A stretch of DNA of 64,000 nt from a virus. Of this stretch, positions 17,474-26,015 are shown in pieces (position 1 is the stretch's first letter; each line of letters begins with the position of its first letter). Location of the stretch: positions 55,351-119,350 of the IMG/VR virus record IMGVR_UViG_3300025133_000038. One strand, 5' to 3'. A model generated the notes under the pieces. The model was not told where the DNA came from. It did no database searches and was given only the letters and a program-made list of their open reading frames with translations. The translations under genes and the position numbers were made by a program.

Positions 17474-18604
17474 ATGGCTAAGAAGAAAAAAGCTAAGAAG
17501 AAAATTGAGAAGACCGAGGAAATTCTAATCCCTAACCTGGATGATATTTTGAAGGGTATGGAGAAGGAATTTGGAGAGGGAATATTTGTCGCTGGTAATG
17601 ACATTATCTCTCGCAATAGGCAAGTTATCTCCTTCAGTCCTAAGATGGACTTAATGCTTGGGGGAGGTATCCCAGAAGGGAACATTTTAATTTGCACAGG
17701 ACCACCCAAGGTTGGTAAAACAACAGGGTGTCTACACTTCGCTGGTATGGCTCAGCGCCCAGAATACGACCACCCTAAGCATGGTCCAAGGCACGTATTC
17801 TTCCATAATGTTGAGATGAGACTTAAGGACAGAGACCTTGAGGGTATCCAACATCTAATCACAGACGGTACGAGATTCACATCTATTGAATCCAAACCAG
17901 GAAACATCCTAACTGCTGAAAAACACGCTAGAATCTTTGAGAGATTGGTTCATCAGGTTCCAGGTGCTATCTTTGTGTTTGATTCCTTTTCTGCTCTGTG
18001 TACTGAGACTAGGCTTAATAGTGAGCTTGGAAATAAATTCAGAGATAATCAAGGAAGTATCCTATCAGATATGTTGATTAGAACTCAGCCTGTCATCTTG
18101 ATGAATGATGCCATTGTCCTTGGTGTGACACATATTGTGGCTAACACCAGTGGGTTTGGCAGTAACAAGAGTGAGACTGCGGGTGTTAAGATTCAGTATC
18201 ACTCTGATATTAAGTTGCGCGCTACACATCGTACTGCTTGGAAAGTGGGCGGGACTAAGGAGAAAGATGGGACTCAAGTAGGTCAGCATGTTCACTGGAA
18301 TTGTGACTGGTCTGCCATTGGTCCTCCTGGCACTAAGTGTGAGAGTTTACTTCGTTACGGATATGGTATTGATAAAGAGTCAGAGATGATTGAGGTCTGT
18401 AGCGACCTTGGCCTTATTAATAAGGCTGGTTCTTGGCTTACATTCCCAGACGGAACGAAGGTTCAGGGCTTAGAGAATGCTAGGGAGGTACTAGCAGCAG
18501 ACCCTGAGTTGTATAGCGACCTTAATAAACAGTTTAGAGAAATGATGGGGTTCGTAGATGAAAGTGACAGACCTGTTGGGAAAGACAACAAATTGGAGGC
18601 TTAA
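17474..18604 (+). CDS. recA: RecA/UvsX-like recombinase
   Basis: DLMLGGGIPEG, Walker A GPPKVGKTT, FVFDS, YGYGID, INKAGSW, QGLEN. Confidence 0.9.
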   Translation: MAKKKKAKKKIEKTEEILIPNLDDILKGMEKEFGEGIFVAGNDIISRNRQVISFSPKMDLMLGGGIPEGNILICTGPPKVGKTTGCLHFAGMAQRPEYDHPKHGPRHVFFHNVEMRLKDRDLEGIQHLITDGTRFTSIESKPGNILTAEKHARIFERLVHQVPGAIFVFDSFSALCTETRLNSELGNKFRDNQGSILSDMLIRTQPVILMNDAIVLGVTHIVANTSGFGSNKSETAGVKIQYHSDIKLRATHRTAWKVGGTKEKDGTQVGQHVHWNCDWSAIGPPGTKCESLLRYGYGIDKESEMIEVCSDLGLINKAGSWLTFPDGTKVQGLENAREVLAADPELYSDLNKQFREMMGFVDESDRPVGKDNKLEA

Positions 18605-18980
18605 GGGACATATGGCTGGAGAAGGACACCGTGTTGCTTCAGCCCCCCATAAGGCTGCAAGGGCAGTTATTAGAGGTATGTTTCCCACTATCTCATTCAA
18701 AGAAGAGGTTCCCATATCAACAGGAAGGGGAACCCTCTACTTAGATTTCTACCTGCCTATTTATAAGCTGGCTATTGAGGTACACGGCCAACAACACTAC
18801 CAATATACACCTCATTTTCACCATACTAGAGCTGGTTTTCTTGCTTCTAAGCAGAGAGATAGAGATAAAGTACTATGGTGTGAAATAAACGGCCTGACAA
18901 TAGTTGAACTACCATATAATGAGGAAGAAGATGACTGGAAACAAAGAATTTACAACGCTCACTACGGACAAGATGAATAA
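18558..18980 (+). CDS. Vsr/DUF559-like PD-(D/E)XK endonuclease
   Basis: LYLDFYLP..KLAIEVHGQQHY...RDRDK..WC..NG. Confidence 0.8.
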   Translation: MKVTDLLGKTTNWRLKGHMAGEGHRVASAPHKAARAVIRGMFPTISFKEEVPISTGRGTLYLDFYLPIYKLAIEVHGQQHYQYTPHFHHTRAGFLASKQRDRDKVLWCEINGLTIVELPYNEEEDDWKQRIYNAHYGQDE

Positions 18981-19437
18981 GGCCATCAAGATACTTGATG
19001 ATTATGAGAACCAGATAGGATTACCTGCTCACGATGCTCCTGGTAGTGAGGAAGAGCTTAATGATTACTTTACATGGGATAGAAGTATGATTGAGCAATT
19101 ACCAGCAGAAACACTGGCTGCTTGTTCCTACAGACTAGCCCAATACTCTGTATATATTCAGCGCGAGGCCAATAGGGAAACAGCTAGGATGAAATGGGCT
19201 AAGCATGAGCTTGATGATGCTGTTGTAGGGCAACTAGATGATTACGATAAGTTTATGAAGTTTGAAATGAAGGTCGTGGCTATCTGTCGAGACAATTCAT
19301 ATGCCAATGCCCTTAGGAAAATTATGATTAAGGCAGAACAGCGTGTGGATAGATTAACCTATCTATCTACTGGCATAAAAAACCTATCAGACAATATGAA
19401 GTCTGCTACAATAACAAAGGGTAGAAGAAATGAGTGA
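18973..19437 (+). CDS. helical hypothetical protein (possibly UvsY-like recombination mediator)
   Basis: All-alpha coiled pattern next to recA; UvsY similarity is inference only; start could be 18931. Confidence 0.5.
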   Translation: MNKAIKILDDYENQIGLPAHDAPGSEEELNDYFTWDRSMIEQLPAETLAACSYRLAQYSVYIQREANRETARMKWAKHELDDAVVGQLDDYDKFMKFEMKVVAICRDNSYANALRKIMIKAEQRVDRLTYLSTGIKNLSDNMKSATITKGRRNE

Positions 19438-20020
19438 TGAATTTAATATTGGGGACGCAATGGACTCCCTGGACGATGGTGATATGGCTAGAGTCGAAAG
19501 GCTTATCGAAAAATTAGCCAAGCAAAAACAGAAAAATTCTCAGGGTCGCCCACCAAAAAATGGTGGAAATCAGAGGAAAAAGAGAAGGTCAAACCTTGAC
19601 AATTCTCAATCTGAGCCTAGTATACAAGGGAAGACGCGAGGAAAACGACCTCCGAGACAACCAAATCCTAACACTAACAATGGAGTTCAGCGTAGGGGTC
19701 AAGGTCAACAAAAGAGGAAGACCTTTACTAAGCGTGAGGCTATTGATACGTCAGGTCAGAGACACAATAAGTTTGAAGACTTTGGTTATGACGACCAGTT
19801 CAAGCAAGACTCTGAGCTAGACCAAAAACTAAGCGGAAACAACAGACCAACCCCTAGAATGGGAAGCAACAACAACCCCTATGTTGAAGCGACATGTGTG
19901 ATTTGTAACTGGATATTTGATGTGACCCCTAACGAGGTTTATAACGACCCAGACAAGGGTCCAATTTACAAATGTAATGATTGTGCATCGCAAGAAGCAA
20001 GAGGCGGAAGAAGAGGTTAA
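19430..20020 (+). CDS. hypothetical protein with basic disordered middle and C-terminal Zn ribbon
   Basis: CVIC...CNDC at C-terminus. Confidence 0.7.
   Translation: MSDEFNIGDAMDSLDDGDMARVERLIEKLAKQKQKNSQGRPPKNGGNQRKKRRSNLDNSQSEPSIQGKTRGKRPPRQPNPNTNNGVQRRGQGQQKRKTFTKREAIDTSGQRHNKFEDFGYDDQFKQDSELDQKLSGNNRPTPRMGSNNNPYVEATCVICNWIFDVTPNEVYNDPDKGPIYKCNDCASQEARGGRRG
19593..19623 (+). promoter_or_regulatory. internal class-1-like promoter ACCTTGACA-N16-TAGTAT upstream of dnaB
   Basis: Same extended -35 and 16-nt spacer as the intergenic promoters; -10 imperfect. Confidence 0.45.
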
Positions 20021-20023
20021 TGA

Positions 20024-21469
20024 ATGGCGATACTATCAAACGCCCCAGCAGAAAGAGCTATCCTTTCTGGAGTATGTAAGTTTGGTGATGATGCTTGGTT
20101 GGACGTAGCGGATATGATTCAGCCAACGACATTTACTATTGATAGCAACAGGATGATTTGGCGATGCATGGAGCAAATATTTAAGGACCAGTCACACGAC
20201 TATGTTGACGTTCCTATGATTTTGTCTGCGGCTCAAGACCTAAGCATTGGAGCCCACTTTGACAGGTCAGAAGAGGCTAAGCACCTATCTGGTATTATGA
20301 ACATGCCAGTTCAGCTTGACTCAGTGAGAAGGTTTGCTGCTAAGTGTAGAAAGTTAGAGGTGGCTAGAGTAGTCAGAGGACAGCTAGACCTCGCCAAGGA
20401 AGAACTATTAGATGTAACAGGTGACGAGAGTGTGCTTTCCATCATTGGTAAGGCTGAGATTGATTTCTCATCTATGATGAAGGATAGTGAGAATGGCCCC
20501 AAGAGAATTGGTGCCAGTATCATGGACCACCTCAAACATCTGGCTGATAACCCCGTTGAACAGATTGGTATTGCTACTGGTTTTCCAGCCTTTGATAATG
20601 CTATTGGTGGTGGACTTAGACCTGCAACTATTAATGTTATTGCTGCTCGACCTAAGACAGGTAAGACACTACTCTCTGATAATATGGGCTATGCCATAGC
20701 AAAGAGTGGGGTTCCTGTTCTTAATCTTGACACTGAAATGACAGAAGAAGACCACCAGAACAGATTGGCCGCAATGGTGTCTGGCTGTACCATTAACAGT
20801 ATTGAAAGCGGGCAGTTTGGACAAGACCCTGAATCTAGAATGCGTGTTAGAAACGCAGGTGAAGAAATTGCCAAGGTTCCCTATGATTACATGTCTATTG
20901 CTGGCAAGCCTTTTGAAGACCAACTATCTATCATTAGGCGATGGTTAAAGAAAACTGTTGGACTACATCCTGATGGCACAGCCAAACCCTGTGTTATTAT
21001 TTATGACTATCTAAAGCTAATGGACTCGTCAGGTATCTCCCAAGAGATGCAAGAGTACCAAATGCTTGGGTTTATGATGACTAGCTTGCATAACTTTGCA
21101 CACCGCTATCAAGTACCATTCTTAACATTCATGCAAACAAACCGTGTTGGTATGGAGAAGGAAGACACGAGTGCTGCTGCTGGTTCAGACAGAATCATCT
21201 GGCTATGCTCTAACTTCACGCTATTCAAGATGAAGACTAATGATGAGATACAAGAAGACGGTATTGAAAACGGTAATCGAAAACTAAAACCTATTGTCTG
21301 TCGTCATGGTCAGGGAATGGATTTTTTAAACTATATTAACTGTGCTATGACTGGTGAGAACGCTAGAATCATAGAAGGTAAAACTAAATTTGAGACTGAA
21401 CTTGAGCGTAAAGAAGAAAACGAGGGTTATGTAGATGGCGAAGATGGAGAAGACATCCCATTCGACTAA
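20024..21469 (+). CDS. dnaB: replicative DnaB-family helicase
   Basis: AERAILS, GIATGF, AARPKTGKT, DTEM, IYDYLKLM, QTNR, RHG. Confidence 0.95.
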   Translation: MAILSNAPAERAILSGVCKFGDDAWLDVADMIQPTTFTIDSNRMIWRCMEQIFKDQSHDYVDVPMILSAAQDLSIGAHFDRSEEAKHLSGIMNMPVQLDSVRRFAAKCRKLEVARVVRGQLDLAKEELLDVTGDESVLSIIGKAEIDFSSMMKDSENGPKRIGASIMDHLKHLADNPVEQIGIATGFPAFDNAIGGGLRPATINVIAARPKTGKTLLSDNMGYAIAKSGVPVLNLDTEMTEEDHQNRLAAMVSGCTINSIESGQFGQDPESRMRVRNAGEEIAKVPYDYMSIAGKPFEDQLSIIRRWLKKTVGLHPDGTAKPCVIIYDYLKLMDSSGISQEMQEYQMLGFMMTSLHNFAHRYQVPFLTFMQTNRVGMEKEDTSAAAGSDRIIWLCSNFTLFKMKTNDEIQEDGIENGNRKLKPIVCRHGQGMDFLNYINCAMTGENARIIEGKTKFETELERKEENEGYVDGEDGEDIPFD

Positions 21470-22604
21470 TTATAATCATGTCGGGCAGGAGAAAATGGCA
21501 GCGATGGGTGAAGAACTCGTCGAGCGAATAGATGAGTTGTTTGATGTATTGGGCGTTACTCTCAGACGAGAGAAGAGGAAGTATGTAGGGTGTTGTCCAG
21601 TTCACGGTGGTGATAGAGACAATGCCCTTAACTTGTTCTATGAGGGTAATAGTATGGTGGGCAACTGGAAGTGTCGCTCACACTCCTGTCACGAACGATT
21701 TAAGCCTACTATAGTAGGGTTTATACGAGGTGTCCTGTCCAACAGAGAGTTGAACTGGGAGGCTCCTGGTGACGAAATGTATAGTTTTCACGACACTATC
21801 AAGTTCATCACAGGCTTCCTCGGTAGTGACTTAGACAAGTTCTCTGTTGACCTGAGCAAGGTTGAAAAGTCCCGCTCAGGTGACCACACTAATAGATTCT
21901 ACGCTAAGAAACAAAATATTAAAAATAAGATACCCAGGGCTACAGTAAGGAAGTTTATAGTTGAACCAACGTACTACATCGACCGAAACTATTCAAAGAA
22001 AATCCTCGATAAGTATGATGTTTCCTTCTGCAACAATCCTAAGAAGCCAATGTATAAGAGGTGTGTAACACCGATTTACGATGACGACCATAAGTTTATG
22101 GTTGGCTGCACTGGGCGCAGTATATTTGAGAAGTGTGGTGACTGTGGGGGTTTCCATGACCCTAACAGGCCATGCCCTCTACCTGATGAGGTTCGCAGGT
22201 ATTCCAAATGGAAGCACAGTTATCAGTTCGCAGCAGAAGAGTGGTTATATAACTACTGGTATGCCAAGAGGCATATCTTAGAGACTAAGTGTGCTGTGCT
22301 AGTAGAAAGCCCTGGTAATGTGTGGAGGCTTGAAGAAGCAGGCATCCACAATAGCCTGGGGTTGTTTGGAATAGCCTTGAATGATGGTCAGCTAGATTCT
22401 CTGAACAGATGTGGGGCGATGAATATCTTGTTAGCCCTTGACAATGATGACGCTGGTTCTTTAGGTGCTGAACCTATTATAGAAGAGCTGTCTAACTTAT
22501 ATAATGTAGAAGTACTAGATATTTCCGGTGCGGACATCGGAGATATGACACCAGAACAGGTCAAGAAAGACTTATTACCACAGATTGAGAGATTTTACGT
22601 ATGA
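21435..22604 (+). CDS. dnaG: DNA primase (Zn finger + TOPRIM)
   Basis: CPVHGGD...WKCRSHSC, GCTGR, LYN, LVESPGNV, LDNDDAG, DIGDM; start may be 21494. Confidence 0.9.
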   Translation: MAKMEKTSHSTNYNHVGQEKMAAMGEELVERIDELFDVLGVTLRREKRKYVGCCPVHGGDRDNALNLFYEGNSMVGNWKCRSHSCHERFKPTIVGFIRGVLSNRELNWEAPGDEMYSFHDTIKFITGFLGSDLDKFSVDLSKVEKSRSGDHTNRFYAKKQNIKNKIPRATVRKFIVEPTYYIDRNYSKKILDKYDVSFCNNPKKPMYKRCVTPIYDDDHKFMVGCTGRSIFEKCGDCGGFHDPNRPCPLPDEVRRYSKWKHSYQFAAEEWLYNYWYAKRHILETKCAVLVESPGNVWRLEEAGIHNSLGLFGIALNDGQLDSLNRCGAMNILLALDNDDAGSLGAEPIIEELSNLYNVEVLDISGADIGDMTPEQVKKDLLPQIERFYV

Positions 22605-22939
22605 ATATCCTATTCCTAGACGATGATAAAAAGAGACAGAGAGATTTTAGAAGTAAGGTGCCGTCTGCAAAGATAGTGTCAACTGCTGAGGTCTGTATTA
22701 ACAATATTCAAAAAGAAGATGTCTGGAATATCTTATTCTTAGAGGGTGAGTCGTGTGGTGGTACAGAAATAGTACAGTGGATAGTTGAGAACGAACCTCA
22801 GGTTCGCAATATCATTGTCCACGCACAAAATCCAGATACTGGGATGGAGATGGTACAGGCTCTTAAGAGCGCACAGTATCAGGCTTCTTACATGCCCTTT
22901 AATACAATGCTTAAAAATATGGAGAAGGTAAATGGCTAA
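22601..22939 (+). CDS. stand-alone receiver-like (cyclic-phosphate-processing Rec family) protein
   Basis: ILFLDDD...ILFL...GTEIVQWI...IIVHAQN; the usual LDHDLG is replaced by LEGESCG. Confidence 0.6.
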   Translation: MNILFLDDDKKRQRDFRSKVPSAKIVSTAEVCINNIQKEDVWNILFLEGESCGGTEIVQWIVENEPQVRNIIVHAQNPDTGMEMVQALKSAQYQASYMPFNTMLKNMEKVNG

Positions 22940-23771
22940 TATAGTAGCGTTTTCTGGTAAGAAACAGAGTGGAAAGAACACCTCTGGGAACTTCTTACTG
23001 GGTATGAAAATGATAGACCTTGGTTTGACTCATGGTATTGAGATGACCAAGAAGGGGCAGTTGCTTATCCGAGATTTGTACGGTGACGCTCAATGGGAGG
23101 GTGTTTTCGCCTATGAAAGCACAGTGCAGACAGTCAGGGACTTTATTGATACGGAGATTCATCCCTGGTATAAGATATACAGCTTTGCTGACCTCCTTAA
23201 GGAGTCTCTGTGTATTGAGCTGCTTGGCTTGACCCATGAACAGTGCTATGGTACTGATGAACAGAAGAATACTCCTACTCACTTGAAGTGGGAGGATATG
23301 CCTGGAGTCGCCACAACAGACGTGTGGGGTACAATTGACGGAAAGAAAACTCTAGATAGTCTAGGGATGGCCTATCATACCCCTGGATTTATGACAGCCC
23401 GTGAGGTTATGCAGTTTGTCGGAACAGACATTATGCGTAAGATGTATGGTGATGTATGGTCCAAAGGAACAGTAAATAGGATTCTCAAAGAGAACTCTGA
23501 GATGGCAGCAATATGTGACTGTCGTTTTCCTAATGAGGTAGAGGCAGTACAAGAGGCTGGCGGGAAAGTAATTAGATTGACACGATTTACAACAGATGTA
23601 GACCCACATCCTAGTGAGACAGCATTGGACGGCTACAAAGGGTTTGACGCCGTAATTGATAATCAAAATATGAGCCTGGGTGAACAAAACGGAGCTATCT
23701 ATGACCAACTTACGAAGTGGGGTTTCCCACTACCAAAGCTTGACGGGTTAGAGACTAACATTAAAGAGTAA
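22932..23771 (+). CDS. deoxynucleoside monophosphate kinase
   Basis: SGKKQSGKNT, SFADLLK, TAREVMQFVGTD, DCRFPNE, HPSE. Confidence 0.9.
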   Translation: MANIVAFSGKKQSGKNTSGNFLLGMKMIDLGLTHGIEMTKKGQLLIRDLYGDAQWEGVFAYESTVQTVRDFIDTEIHPWYKIYSFADLLKESLCIELLGLTHEQCYGTDEQKNTPTHLKWEDMPGVATTDVWGTIDGKKTLDSLGMAYHTPGFMTAREVMQFVGTDIMRKMYGDVWSKGTVNRILKENSEMAAICDCRFPNEVEAVQEAGGKVIRLTRFTTDVDPHPSETALDGYKGFDAVIDNQNMSLGEQNGAIYDQLTKWGFPLPKLDGLETNIKE

Positions 23772-23777
23772 ATTTAT

Positions 23778-24875
23778 ATGGGAATGCCTATAACGTATTT
23801 TAGAAGCAGTAGTTACAATGGCTGGGACATGTGTCCTATGCAGTACATGATTGAATATGTCTTAGGGCATAGAGGTAAGTCAGGTCTTGCAGCAGACAAG
23901 GGAACTATTGTCCACAAGGTACTTGAAATAATAGCTAATGCTAAGATTGCCCATCAGGGTGGACTAACATCAATTACGGAGACTGACATTGGTACTCATA
24001 CCTGGACTGTTCACGAGGATACCATCCTTGACGAAGAACAGGTTGATGAGATTACCAACGTGGTCTTTGAATACTATAAGACGAGGACTCCACACAAGTG
24101 GGCTCCTAAGGACTACCGTGACGTTCACAAGTGGGTACAAAAAGCACTCGCTCTGAATGATGGTGAGTTTGACCCTCGTAACAAAGATATTGTTGAGGCT
24201 GAGGCCCGCTTTGACTTTGAGATTGAGGAGCCTTGGGCTTACTATAAGTTGGATGAGGTAGAGGGCTTCCTTGCTTTGAAGGGAACTATTGACCAAGTTA
24301 ATAGGGTGGACGATACTACGTTAGAAATCCTTGATTGGAAGACAGGGCGTAGGCTTAACTGGGCGACTGGCAAAGAGAAGGATTATGCTGCTCTGTGTAA
24401 AGACCCTCAGCTACGTATCTATCACTATGCTGCGCATAAGATGTGGCCTGAGATTGAGCAGATACTAGTGACCATCTACTTCATTAATGATGGTGGGCCT
24501 TTCACGGTGTGCTTCGGACCTGAGGAATTAAAAGAAACAGAGAAGATGCTACAGAAGAGATTTGAGGAGATTAAGACCAATGAGATGCCTCAAAAGAAAG
24601 TCTCTTGGAAGTGTAGTAAGTTCTGTGGTCAAGGTAAGAGTACGTTTGAGGGGACTACCAACAAGGAGGGTGGTGACATCAAACCTCTTATTCAAAGGCA
24701 GGATGGTCACGTTACAAAGGCTGGACAGGTGATGTCTAAGTGTGAACAGACCGACTATGCACTAAGACACAAGGGTATGGAATCAGTAATTAAAAATATG
24801 ACCGCCGATGGACACGAGGTTGCCTTTTATAAGGCTCCAGGCGAGGTCGAGGAGGAGAAAAAAGATGAAGCGTAG
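23778..24875 (+). CDS. PD-(D/E)XK RecB/Cas4-like exonuclease
   Basis: SSYN..CP, GTIVHKVLE, GTIDQV, ILDWKTG, QLRIY, C-terminal Cys cluster. Confidence 0.85.
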   Translation: MGMPITYFRSSSYNGWDMCPMQYMIEYVLGHRGKSGLAADKGTIVHKVLEIIANAKIAHQGGLTSITETDIGTHTWTVHEDTILDEEQVDEITNVVFEYYKTRTPHKWAPKDYRDVHKWVQKALALNDGEFDPRNKDIVEAEARFDFEIEEPWAYYKLDEVEGFLALKGTIDQVNRVDDTTLEILDWKTGRRLNWATGKEKDYAALCKDPQLRIYHYAAHKMWPEIEQILVTIYFINDGGPFTVCFGPEELKETEKMLQKRFEEIKTNEMPQKKVSWKCSKFCGQGKSTFEGTTNKEGGDIKPLIQRQDGHVTKAGQVMSKCEQTDYALRHKGMESVIKNMTADGHEVAFYKAPGEVEEEKKDEA

Positions 24876-25476
24876 AACATTTATGAAGGCAGTAGCAGCG
24901 ACTACTAGCCTTGTAGTCTTGCCTTTTAAGGCATTAGCTAAGAAACAACCTATGAGTTGGGAATATCCTGCGATAGGTAAGATTGAGAGTATCTATTGCT
25001 CTAATGATATTTCTTCTTCTGTTATGTTTAATGGTGGTCCAAGTTATGAGCTTCCTCGTAAGAATGGTCCCTATATTAGATGGATAAACTTTCCTATCGA
25101 GACTATGCTGGAGATAAACTTCGAGAACGAGGCTTGTATTGTCTACAAGGGGTTTAACTTCAAGCGAGAGCAGATAGAAGGTAAGACACTAGATGAGATG
25201 ATTCACCATGTTAAAATATCAAAGATGGGTATCTCAGAACTATACTTAGATAAAAAGAATTGCTTTAAGATGAGCAGCGTAACCTTTCCAAACCCAACAA
25301 AGGAAACGATTGTAGTAAACCTAGAAGACTTAGGTTTGGGAGACATGAGGAGGGTTCCTAATGATAATGCTCCACGCATCACCTATGAGACATTGTTTGA
25401 TGGAAAGCCTGCTAGTGAGGTGGATTTATCTCGTTACCGAGAATCGGAAGCCGAAATACTAAAGAGGTATATTTGA
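24865..25476 (+). CDS. hypothetical protein with twin-arginine (Tat)-like signal peptide
   Basis: GGAGGAG SD; MKRRTFMKAVAATTSLVVLPFKALA. Confidence 0.6.
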   Translation: MKRRTFMKAVAATTSLVVLPFKALAKKQPMSWEYPAIGKIESIYCSNDISSSVMFNGGPSYELPRKNGPYIRWINFPIETMLEINFENEACIVYKGFNFKREQIEGKTLDEMIHHVKISKMGISELYLDKKNCFKMSSVTFPNPTKETIVVNLEDLGLGDMRRVPNDNAPRITYETLFDGKPASEVDLSRYRESEAEILKRYI

Positions 25477-25928
25477 TGCACCCTGGATGGCCTGCATATT
25501 GGGCTGATTACAAGAGGTGCCTGAGGGCACAAGGAATTGAAGTAAAGGAACCAAAGATGGACCTGACATTTAAGAAGTTGGCAGAAGGGCTAAAGGAAAG
25601 CAACAAGAACTACTTTCCTCATGCTCGTAAGTGGACTGGGTCGGACTGGATGACAGCCCTATGTGGTGAGGTGGGTGAAGCCGCCAACATAATCAAGAAG
25701 ATTAACCGTGGTGATTTTAAAACAGAGGAAAAACTAGCTATCGCCCATAAGGAACTAAGCAAGGAGTTTGCTGATATTCTCATGTACTTAGAGCATATCT
25801 CTCGTCACTATGGTATAGACCTAGAGAAGGCAGTTCTTGACAAGTTTGAGGAAGTTATGACTCGCGTTGACAGCGACCTTTCTCTCAGAGAAAAAGATGA
25901 CAAAAAATCGGTTTACCCACAATATTAG
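25473..25928 (+). CDS. mazG: MazG-like nucleotide pyrophosphohydrolase
   Basis: LCGEVGEAANIIKK...KEFADILMYL...GIDLE. Confidence 0.85.
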   Translation: MMHPGWPAYWADYKRCLRAQGIEVKEPKMDLTFKKLAEGLKESNKNYFPHARKWTGSDWMTALCGEVGEAANIIKKINRGDFKTEEKLAIAHKELSKEFADILMYLEHISRHYGIDLEKAVLDKFEEVMTRVDSDLSLREKDDKKSVYPQY

Positions 25929-25943
25929 AATTTTCCGCGAGCG

Positions 25944-25974
25944 ACCTTGACAAAATCGCCTTTCGCCCTATAAT
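25944..25974 (+). promoter_or_regulatory. class-1 promoter ACCTTGACA-N16-TATAAT
   Basis: TTGACA 25947-25952, TATAAT 25969-25974. Confidence 0.88.
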
Positions 25975-26015
25975 ACCCAAAGACAACTTGAGACTTTTCA
26001 CAAAACGAGATTGAT

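Noticed and set aside
23778-24875. CRISPR-Cas locus around the Cas4-like gene
   Set aside because: No repeat-spacer array or other cas genes seen; stand-alone Cas4/RecB-like nucleases are common in phages
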